Of a stretch of 44,390 nt of DNA, positions 26,702 to 34,457 are shown one piece after another (within the stretch, counting starts at the first letter, position 1; each line of letters starts with the position of its first letter). The notes beneath the pieces are model-generated. The model had not been told where the DNA came from. It saw nothing but the letters and a program-made list of their open reading frames with translations, and made no database searches. Position numbers and translations under genes: made by a program. The DNA is from Pseudomonadales bacterium (GTDB lineage Bacteria > Pseudomonadota > Gammaproteobacteria > Pseudomonadales > JAUIET01), in NCBI GenBank assembly GCA_051008535.1, contig JBPCXM010000619.1, positions 1-44,390 on the forward strand, written 5' to 3'.

Positions 26702-27970
26702 TCACACGGGTGATCGGGCAATCCAATGCTCAACGGCGCGTTGAGCAACGATCCGTTCTACCTCACGTGGTACAGGTTGCACGCCATTCTTAAGTGATTT
26801 GTCGTCATCAGTCAGAAATTGAAGACTCAGTGACTGCAGCGCCAATCCCAGGTCCATGATTTCGATCGGGTTACCGTCTCCAGCGGCCAGATTGACAAGG
26901 TTGCCTCGAGAAACGAGAAATAGCTTACGATTATCAGCTAGAGCATATTCAGTTATATCTTCTGTAATCTCTCTTTTCGATTCGGACAGACCTTCAAGCG
27001 CCGGTACATCAATCTCCGACGCAAAATGACCAGCGTTCGCAATAATTGTTCCCGACCGCATTGCCTCGAAGTGCTCCCTCCTGAGTATGTTGTCATAACC
27101 AGTCACCGTAATGACAATGTCAGCAGTGTCGACGCATTCCTCAAGCGCAGATGTCCGAAAGCCCTCCAGATGCGCTTCAAGCTGCGCCAACGGATCTCGC
27201 TCAACGACCGTGACATGAGCCCCCATGCCACGAAGTCGCTGCGCAACACCCGCACCGCAGTACCCGTATCCGATGACTACAACGCTTTTGCCGTGCAGCA
27301 TCACATTGGTTGCTCGCATCAGACCGTCCACCACGGAGCTTCCTACACCAAATCGATTCTCCACGATCCTCTTAGTCAAAGTGTCGTTGATGCTCAGCGT
27401 CGGAAAGTCGAAGCATTTGATGGACTCTCGCAGTCGAGTTGTGCCCGTCGTTGTCTCCTCGGTTGCGCCAATAAGCGTCTCATGTAATGATCTGAATTCA
27501 TCGCGCGAATAGATCAGGTGGTGCAGATCCGCACCATTGTCGGCGATCAAATCGGGTTTCGATTGCAAAACGTATCCGCAATGCGTCAGGTGATCATCAA
27601 AGGATTCGTCACTTCGTGCGAAAACGTGAACGTTTTCCAGCATATTTAGTGCAGCAGCCGTGTCATCCTGTGTTGAGCCAGGGCTACCGGTAATGAATAT
27701 TTCCGCGCCACCTGCTGTCAGCGCCTCAATCCATACACCTGTCTTGGCCTCAACGTGTAGGCAAATACCGATTCTCAGATTTGCAAACGGTCTCTTTGCC
27801 CTGAACTCGTCCGCCAAGCTAGCAACGATCGGCATATTTGCTCGCGCCCAATCGATTCGTTTAGCGCCTTCAGTTGCTAGATTGCGATCGACGATATTTG
27901 ATTTCATTTTTCTCAACAAATTCGGGTCAATGCCAAGATGCTGTTCGACCGCTTGGGTCGATCGCGTCAA
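26702..27970 (-). CDS. ahcY: adenosylhomocysteinase (SAH hydrolase) family, short archaeal/Firmicutes-type, divergent paralogue
   Basis: WA..NMP, CLHVEAKT, STQDD, EETTTG, GYGYCG.G, NAGHF, LVNLAAGDG; several active-site substitutions (see findings). Confidence 0.75.
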   Translation of the reverse strand: MTRSTQAVEQHLGIDPNLLRKMKSNIVDRNLATEGAKRIDWARANMPIVASLADEFRAKRPFANLRIGICLHVEAKTGVWIEALTAGGAEIFITGSPGSTQDDTAAALNMLENVHVFARSDESFDDHLTHCGYVLQSKPDLIADNGADLHHLIYSRDEFRSLHETLIGATEETTTGTTRLRESIKCFDFPTLSINDTLTKRIVENRFGVGSSVVDGLMRATNVMLHGKSVVVIGYGYCGAGVAQRLRGMGAHVTVVERDPLAQLEAHLEGFRTSALEECVDTADIVITVTGYDNILRREHFEAMRSGTIIANAGHFASEIDVPALEGLSESKREITEDITEYALADNRKLFLVSRGNLVNLAAGDGNPIEIMDLGLALQSLSLQFLTDDDKSLKNGVQPVPREVERIVAQRAVEHWIARSPV

Positions 27971-28255
27971 TATTAGCTATCGCACGTCCACCGACAGCAA
28001 TGTGATCCTACACCGGTCTGCGCCTTTCGCAAAACTCGGAGTTTAATAAACAACGCAACCGGCCAACAGCGGGCATACAAAAATGTAATTCACGATCCAA
28101 ACGACTTGGATTCGATTGATGGCGCGCGCCTAATTCCTGGCATTCTGCCCTAGCGGTCGTGATATCCCACGATCGACCTCAACAGGCCGAGTAGCTGACA
28201 TTCATCGAAGTATTAGGTGCATCCAGTAATCTCTCACCGACAACCGCTAACAAGC

Positions 28256-28580
28256 CCGCTCTTTCGTTCGTCCAGTCAGGGAGGCGGCAAGTTGTGTTGC
28301 GTCGTACCGCGATGACGCGGCAGACGGCCATCAAAATGATCAAACGCCGGGCACTCGAGGCCGGCTTACCCGCTGAAATTTCAATCACAGTTTTCGCGGG
28401 ACCGGCATCACCGAGTACTTGCACAACGGTGATGATTTGGAAATCGCCGCACGCATCGCCGGTCGTGAATCAACCCGAACGACGCAACTCTACAATCGAG
28501 TGCACGAAGAACTGCCGCTCGATGAGATCGTGCGGATTCACCTCTGGGACGATGTTATTGAACATCGGCCACTGATGTAA
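28256..28580 (+). pseudogene. tyrosine recombinase/integrase C-terminal remnant (frameshifted)
   Basis: Successive frames give PLFRS / AMTRQTAIKMIKRRALEAGLPAEI / NHSFRGTGITEYLHNGDDLEIAARIAGRESTRTTQLYNR..LDEIVRI. HxxR and the catalytic Tyr remain, the box-II His is Arg, and the N-terminus is missing. Confidence 0.8.
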
Positions 28581-28630
28581 GTTCTGGTCAGTGGCTATGA
28601 ACGAACCGATGAATTTTGATCTATTTTCAT

Positions 28631-29098
28631 CTAAGCGAATATAGGGGTTTCACCTTGGGCGAGCTTCAGCCTGGTCCATACATTCATATTGATGACGATG
28701 GCGGCCATCTCAGCGATCTCCACCTCGGAGAAGAAGGCGGTCATCTGCTCGTGTTTTTTCTGGAAGTCGGGATCCTTGCCATGATTGAGGCTATCTGTGT
28801 ACTCAAGTGCGGCCTTCTCTGCGTCTGTATACAGCTCGCTCTGCCACCAGGAGGAGATATTATCCACCTTCGAAGGGTGGATACCTATGTCCCTGGCAGT
28901 AGCCGCATGCAGGATGACACAATAAGCACACTCGTTGTGCTGCGCCACTCGCAGTCGCAGCAATTGGGTCAGCTCCTTATTTACGCTTAGATCCGCAGTA
29001 TACCCGAAGGCTTTCGCCATCTCTTTGGCCAAAGCGAGGAAAGGCGTCAGTTCCGGGTCGAATCTTCTATTCTCAAATCGTACGTTTTCCATGGTCAT
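28631..29098 (-). CDS. AhpD-like carboxymuconolactone decarboxylase family protein
   Basis: LRLRVAQHNECAYCVILH (CxxC...H), AEKAALEY, INMNVWTRL. Confidence 0.88.
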   Translation of the reverse strand: MTMENVRFENRRFDPELTPFLALAKEMAKAFGYTADLSVNKELTQLLRLRVAQHNECAYCVILHAATARDIGIHPSKVDNISSWWQSELYTDAEKAALEYTDSLNHGKDPDFQKKHEQMTAFFSEVEIAEMAAIVINMNVWTRLKLAQGETPIFA

Positions 29099-29102
29099 TA
29101 CT

Positions 29103-29369
29103 CTATGCGTTTATGGGTTTCTGGTTCAGTAGGAAATAGATCACTTTTTCTGCCAACATCTCACAGGGCTTCAAGTGATCCTGGGAGGAGGAAGTGTAAA
29201 AATTCAGACTGATGAAGTCCGTGCCTTTGAGTTCCTCGGCATATATCTTGACACTCTTCCCTTCATTGAATCGTTTTACGGTCATGCCATATCGGCTTTC
29301 CTTATATGACACCTCTGAGTAGCCATCAGGCAGTTTTTGGATGATCTGTTTCAGTGCCAGGGTAGGCAT
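29103..29369 (-). CDS. small conserved protein (LKPCEM motif family, often labelled peptide methionine sulfoxide reductase)
   Basis: LP.GYS...Y...RY....F..GKS.K.YAEEL.GTDFISLN.Y.....LKPCEM..EKVI.F; 4 bp from the AhpD-like gene. Confidence 0.7.
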   Translation of the reverse strand: MPTLALKQIIQKLPDGYSEVSYKESRYGMTVKRFNEGKSVKIYAEELKGTDFISLNFYTSSSQDHLKPCEMLAEKVIYFLLNQKPINA

Positions 29370-29456
29370 CGCTAGGAGTTATTCGTCGAATCCGCGCACC
29401 GCGACCATAGCCTCGGGATCGTATCACGAACCTCGAAAGTGTTTCGTGCGTGTCGT

Positions 29457-30095
29457 CTATCCGCGGGCGGCATTTATTTCCGTATTATCCAAGGTACACG
29501 CCACACCGGTCCCACCAAGCCCGCAGTATCCGCGAGGATGCTTAGCAAGATACTGTTGATGCTTCTCTTCGGCATAATAAAAAGGCGGCGCGAGCTCGAT
29601 CTCTGTCGTGATTCGATCATGACCGGCCAGCGAAAGCTGCTCCTCATAGCGCTCGAACGACGCTCTGGCCGCATTGGCCTGTGCGTCGGACGTCGCAAAG
29701 ATGGCCGAGCGGTACTGCGATCCAATATCGTTACCCTGACGAAAACCTTGGGTGGGATTGTGTCCTTCCCAGAAGAACTTGAGCAACTGTTCGTAGCTGA
29801 TCACGTCCGGGTCATAAACCACCAATACAACCTCAGCATGTCCGGTGTCTCCGCCGCACACTTCGCGATAAGCCGGGTGCACTAGATCCCCGCCGGCGTA
29901 GCCAACCGCCGTGGTGTACACCCCCTCAAGTTCCCAGAAGCATCGCTCGGCACCCCAAAAACAGCCCATGCCAAAAATGGCCGTTTCAAGCCCAGCTGGG
30001 AACGGGGGCTTCAGCTCCGTTCCGTTGACAAAGTGACTATTGGGAACGGGCATTGCAGCTCGTTGCTCCCGTTGGTTCGGGTTAGCGAGGTTCAT
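29457..30095 (-). CDS. msrA: peptide-methionine (S)-S-oxide reductase
   Basis: [54 protein letters not shown]. Confidence 0.95.
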   Translation of the reverse strand: MNLANPNQREQRAAMPVPNSHFVNGTELKPPFPAGLETAIFGMGCFWGAERCFWELEGVYTTAVGYAGGDLVHPAYREVCGGDTGHAEVVLVVYDPDVISYEQLLKFFWEGHNPTQGFRQGNDIGSQYRSAIFATSDAQANAARASFERYEEQLSLAGHDRITTEIELAPPFYYAEEKHQQYLAKHPRGYCGLGGTGVACTLDNTEINAARG

Positions 30096-30152
30096 ACCTT
30101 GTCTCCTGTGGCAGCCGCTGCGTTGTCAACGTTTGGTCACTCAAGCTCTGTC

Positions 30153-30330
30153 CTACAGCACTAGCAGTCCGTACGTGCCCAGCTTCGGCAATCCATTCAG
30201 CTTCTGTTTGAGGCTTAAGTCACCATTGCGATGAATATCGAATACTATCACCTGCCCTTTGTTGCCGATCAGCTGAAATAAACTTCGGCCATCATCACTG
30301 ACTGCCAAGCCACTGAAGAACAACAATTCG
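30153..30330 (-). pseudogene. orphan last blade of a lactonase-like beta-propeller
   Basis: GLAVSDDGRSLFQL....GQVIVFDI..NGDLSL.Q...GLP..G.YGL*; no plausible start, upstream part replaced by the P460 gene. Confidence 0.5.
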
Positions 30331-30370
30331 GGGTCAGATTTGAAAGCGGTTAGGTTTTTCAACCGGGCGG

Positions 30371-30931
30371 CTACTCCGAACTCAGCGTCGGATAGGCTTC
30401 CGTATACACCCAATCGTTAGCCTTAGCCGGTACGTGGCAACCCAGGCAATCCGTCTTGTAGTTCGTTGCGACGTTCTTATCCCTATCATCAGGCTTGTAC
30501 AGCGCCCAACCCCAGCCGTCGCCCCACAGCGGGTTATTGGCGAAGCGTCCTTTCGCGTCTTTGATCATCACGAACCATTGTTTGAGGCCATCGGTGGCAT
30601 AGCTTACCCCCTTGCCCGTGGTGTAAGTGCCCGCATTGGATGACCGCAGCTCCTTGACGAGTGTCGCACCGTCGGGAAACTTGCCGGTCTTGCGAAACGC
30701 TTCGACGCTTGCTATTTCGGTGTACACATCGTGGAAACCGCTGGCATCGCCCTCGGGTACAAACCAGGATCCCAGGTGGACCATGGAGGTACGGAAACCG
30801 TCCGGGAAACTAATATTACCTTTATCATCAACGTAGGGTGAAAAGTCGTCGCTTGCGCTTAGCGGCGATGCGATGAGACCAAACAACACCGCGAAAGCCA
30901 GGCCGACACTGGCTTGGTATGGATTCCACAT
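30371..30931 (-). CDS. cytochrome P460 family protein (paralogue B)
   Basis: Signal peptide; FHDVY, TGKFPDGATLVKEL (Lys kept), MIKD..RF...WGWA.Y, C-terminal CLGCH..DWVYT.AYP.L; likely start ATG 30931. Confidence 0.85.
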   Translation of the reverse strand: MWNPYQASVGLAFAVLFGLIASPLSASDDFSPYVDDKGNISFPDGFRTSMVHLGSWFVPEGDASGFHDVYTEIASVEAFRKTGKFPDGATLVKELRSSNAGTYTTGKGVSYATDGLKQWFVMIKDAKGRFANNPLWGDGWGWALYKPDDRDKNVATNYKTDCLGCHVPAKANDWVYTEAYPTLSSE

Positions 30932-30933
30932 GA

Positions 30934-31563
30934 TCAATTCCCCATGGACAATGGACGCGACAGCTTGGATTGCTTACCGCCTGTGCCTTCTTCGCCCGTG
31001 GCCTTGCCTGCGCGCAACACCGGATAATACTGGGTGAAGACAAAATCATCGGCGGCCGCGGCGGCATGGCAAGCGTTGCAGGCGGCGGCTGGGAACGCTT
31101 TAGCTGTGGGCATCAGCGTCTTATGGTCCGGCGTCGAGAAACTGTAGTAAGCCCAGTTACCCGGCTCGCTCGGGAAATGCTTCTTGCTTTTGATTGTGGC
31201 TTCCAGACCAATAAAGTCGCCCTGAAAGTAACCGTTGCCGCTGACGGCCGCCTTCGAACCGACGTTGACCAGCTCTTTCATGAGAATGGTGCCGTCACGA
31301 AACTCACCGGTCTTTTTCCAATGCGCCCAACTTTCCGGATCGATATAGACATTGTGATGCTCGGGAAACGCTGCCTTTCCATCGTTGAGATCATTCGGTG
31401 TGACCGGGGTACCTACATAGATCCACTCGCGATACCCGGTTGGCCGTTCGAGTTCACCGTTCTTAATGGTGTATAACTCTTCTGCGACCGCCGGCGTCGC
31501 GAGCAGTTGCGCGAGCGCCCCGACTATCGCAATGCTCATGAATGTCTTCTTTATCGTCTTCAT
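30934..31563 (-). CDS. cytochrome P460 (paralogue A, Nitrosomonas CytL-like)
   Basis: Signal peptide; YREW..VGT.VTPN.LNDGKA.F, VY.DPES.AHWKKTGEFRDGT...KEL, SGNGYF.GD..GLEA..K, EPGNWA, CNACH, FTQ.YPVLRA.KATGE.G. Confidence 0.9.
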   Translation of the reverse strand: MKTIKKTFMSIAIVGALAQLLATPAVAEELYTIKNGELERPTGYREWIYVGTPVTPNDLNDGKAAFPEHHNVYIDPESWAHWKKTGEFRDGTILMKELVNVGSKAAVSGNGYFQGDFIGLEATIKSKKHFPSEPGNWAYYSFSTPDHKTLMPTAKAFPAAACNACHAAAAADDFVFTQYYPVLRAGKATGEEGTGGKQSKLSRPLSMGN

Positions 31564-31608
31564 CTTCTTCTCTCCTGGTTGTCGGTTGTTGGCTCGGGTG
31601 TGTGCCGT

Positions 31609-32061
31609 TTACTCATCGGAATAGAAAAATTGCAAATACTTGCCGTAGCCCTGCGCCTCGAGCTCGTCGCGTGGAACGAACCGCAGCGCGGCGGAGTTGA
31701 TGCAGTACCGCAAACCGGTTGGCTCGGGTCCGTCCGGAAACAGGTGACCGAGATGCGAATCGGCATCCCGTGAGCGCACCTCGGTGCGGATCATGCCATG
31801 ACCCCGATCTGTGACTTCGTTGATGTGCTCGGCAGTCAGTGTCTTAAAAAAGCTCGGCCATCCACTTCCTGAGTCGAACTTGTGCACTGAGGCAAATAGC
31901 GGTTCACCGCTCACCACATCGACATAGATCCCTTCTTCCTTATGATCCCAGAACTCGTTGTCGAATGCACGTTCGGTCGCATCGTTCTGGGTCACCTCGC
32001 GCTGAATGGGCGTGAGGTGCGACAGCATATCGGCAGCATCGCTTTTGTTGGCGTCAGTCAT
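31609..32061 (-). CDS. msrB: peptide-methionine (R)-S-oxide reductase (non-zinc type)
   Basis: [63 protein letters not shown]. Confidence 0.95.
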   Translation of the reverse strand: MTDANKSDAADMLSHLTPIQREVTQNDATERAFDNEFWDHKEEGIYVDVVSGEPLFASVHKFDSGSGWPSFFKTLTAEHINEVTDRGHGMIRTEVRSRDADSHLGHLFPDGPEPTGLRYCINSAALRFVPRDELEAQGYGKYLQFFYSDE

Positions 32062-32154
32062 TAGTGTCTTTGAACTCCGTGCAATAATTATTTCGTGTGC
32101 AAGGAGTGTAACGCTGGGTGCCGTTCTAGGGAAATATCGATTAGATGCGGCCCG

Positions 32155-32169
32155 ATAAGCGCTGCTTAT
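32155..32169. promoter_or_regulatory. LysR-type binding dyad upstream of msrB
   Basis: ATAAGC-gct-GCTTAT, a perfect dyad containing T-N11-A, about 95 bp upstream of msrB. Confidence 0.55.
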
Positions 32170-32236
32170 GACACGCCCACGCGTGTAGCGTATTGTGCGC
32201 CCTCGGGGCTGGCCTACAAACTACGGCGATTGAGGG

Positions 32237-33121
32237 CTAGTCGCCGACCTGCCAGTCGTGAATCCTCGCCTGCTCGATGAGCATGTCCAGCGCCGCCGTG
32301 AGTTTGGGCTGGTCGACGACGGCGAATTCGACTTTCCGAAACAGCGCGGGGTCTTTGATTGGTCGATAGTCGAGCTCCGGCCGCAACAGAGAAAACTGTG
32401 GAATCACGCTGACCCCAACGCCGTCGCGGATCAGACTCTGAATCCAGTCTTCGCGCTGACTCCGGAACACGACATCGAGTTCGAAATGCTCATTTTCGCA
32501 AAACTCGAGAAACTCGTGTCGGAACTCGCAGTGCAGCCGATCGACGTAGCGCTGCTTGGCGACCGTCCGAAGCGGAACTGCACCCATCTCAGCGAACGCA
32601 TGGCCTGGGGGAAACGCAACCACCATCGCTTCCTCGAACAGATTGACATAGCGCAACTGTGGATGAGGCGGACCATGGCGCGCACAAAATGTCCCGTCGA
32701 GCGCACCGGACAACAACAGATCCGGAATCGATGTTGGCGTTACGTCGTGCAGCACGAGCGACACCATCGGGTGCTGCATCTGAAACGCGTCCAGCATTCC
32801 GGCAAGCAGCTGCGGACCGATGGTGCACATGAGCCCGATGTTGAGCTCAGCGATTTCGCCGGTCGTCACGGCCTTCGCGGTCGTCCGGACCAAATGCCGT
32901 GTGCGGTCGATTTGCTCGAAATGGCCGCGTAACGACTTGCCCAGCTCGGTAAGCTCGGTATACCGGCCGTCACGATGGATCAATTCACCGCCGAGTTCTG
33001 CTTCCAGGCGCTTGATCGCCTGCGTCAGCGCCGGCTGAGACACATAACACTGCTCGGCCGCGCGCGTGAAATTGAGCGTATTGGCGAGTGCCAGGAAATA
33101 GCGAACCTGATTGAAATCCAT
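32237..33121 (-). CDS. LysR family transcriptional regulator
   Basis: QVRYFLALA.TLNFTRAAEQCYVSQPALTQAIKRLE.ELG..L..R HTH plus substrate-binding domain. Confidence 0.93.
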   Translation of the reverse strand: MDFNQVRYFLALANTLNFTRAAEQCYVSQPALTQAIKRLEAELGGELIHRDGRYTELTELGKSLRGHFEQIDRTRHLVRTTAKAVTTGEIAELNIGLMCTIGPQLLAGMLDAFQMQHPMVSLVLHDVTPTSIPDLLLSGALDGTFCARHGPPHPQLRYVNLFEEAMVVAFPPGHAFAEMGAVPLRTVAKQRYVDRLHCEFRHEFLEFCENEHFELDVVFRSQREDWIQSLIRDGVGVSVIPQFSLLRPELDYRPIKDPALFRKVEFAVVDQPKLTAALDMLIEQARIHDWQVGD

Positions 33122-33572
33122 GATTTTTCAGCTCTTCGGAAGTTACTCAAGATATACCATACGCGAGCAGCTTGGGCACGAGGGAGTCGCTGCAATTGCG
33201 CTGATAGTCCCAATGGTCGTGTGGCCCCCAGCGATACGTCTTCCCTAGCTCAAGATCAACTGAAATATCCGAGTGGAGTTGAATTCCGTTACCGATGGAA
33301 GCTCTGAAAGACCGCATCCAGTCCGCGAGTTGCCTGTTAGAAATTCTAATGCTTTTTAGAATCGATCGCCTACTTCTAGGCGATTCCGTCTATAGCGCAT
33401 TCTCGATAGATATACGCCTCGTGAATTTCGCGAACGTCGCCTGTGGGTCGTTCTGCGTCGGTCGCTATTCTACCACGCGACTGACTGGAGTTAGGCGGTT
33501 TCAGCCGTACATCGCACCGCCGATTTTAGTTCTAATCGACATAGTAATCTGTACTAAATCACAAGTTAGCGC

Positions 33573-34433
33573 TTATTGTTCGAGAATACTTTTGAGTCGC
33601 GCGGGATCATCAGTAATAAAATAGTCAATTCCCTGCTTAGTGAAACGTTCGATATATTCGATCTGTTGTTCGTCGGAGAGCCACACCCCCAACCATTTTG
33701 AGTCTTGGGAAAAAAGCGTCCACGCCCCTATTGCTAAACCTTTCTCATGCACTTGCTGAACCGTATCGTCATCAAACATATTGACACTCATATTCGTTAG
33801 GGTCGACCCCATCAATTTCCCTATAAAACTTGACTCCATTACGTTATGTAAGAAACCACTTTTTTTTACGGACTGCGGAGAATACGTAAAACCTGATTCT
33901 ATTCCCGGACAGGTCCATTCCAGCCAACGCAACGGAAAAAAATTAAATGATGTCACAAAGACATCCTTAAAGAGATCCATCCTTTTAATCAATTTTGCCA
34001 ATTCTGTGCCCGTATGCCGTTGGCCGAAATCAATGCCGTAGGCCTTAATTTCGATGTCGACAATCAATTTGCCTTTCATTTCTTCCAGCGCATCTTCCAG
34101 AAGAATAATTTTTTCTTTTTTGCCGTAGTCAATCACCTTGTCGCCAACATTAATTGAAGAGGCTATCTCCAGGTCTTTTATCTCATCCCAGTTCATGTCT
34201 GGGATGCGCCCATTGAACCCCGTTAAGCGTTCAGTCTCGATATCATGAAAAACGACCAGTTGTTTGTCTTTTGTCAAAAAAACGTCCAGCTCTACACCAT
34301 CAAGCCCTAAATCAATTGCTCGCTTGAAGCCCGCCATGGTGTTTTCTTGATGTTCTTCTGGAACACCCCGATGACCAAAAGCAAGTGGGCGAGAATGTTG
34401 TGAAAATATAGGGGATTTGCTTGTCATGATCAC
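33573..34433 (-). CDS. glycerophosphodiester phosphodiesterase family protein
   Basis: GHRG....ENTM..F..A...G.DGVELDV.LTKD..LVVFHD, IEIK, TSF, WT..ITDDP. Confidence 0.9.
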   Translation of the reverse strand: MIMTSKSPIFSQHSRPLAFGHRGVPEEHQENTMAGFKRAIDLGLDGVELDVFLTKDKQLVVFHDIETERLTGFNGRIPDMNWDEIKDLEIASSINVGDKVIDYGKKEKIILLEDALEEMKGKLIVDIEIKAYGIDFGQRHTGTELAKLIKRMDLFKDVFVTSFNFFPLRWLEWTCPGIESGFTYSPQSVKKSGFLHNVMESSFIGKLMGSTLTNMSVNMFDDDTVQQVHEKGLAIGAWTLFSQDSKWLGVWLSDEQQIEYIERFTKQGIDYFITDDPARLKSILEQ

Positions 34434-34457
34434 TGCCTCCTTGTATTACTTACACAA

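Noticed and set aside
30970-32932. Long antisense ORFs (30970..31476, 32258..32932, and similar ones such as 2582..3118 and 38537..38977)
   Set aside because: Shadow frames of well-supported genes with no recognisable motifs.
33121-33573. 450-bp gap containing a short open frame and a hairpin (ATCGCCTA-cttc-TAGGCGAT, 33365-33384), considered as sRNA, tRNA or att site
   Set aside because: No cloverleaf, recognisable RNA motif or flanking direct repeat seen; it cannot be supported without a search.
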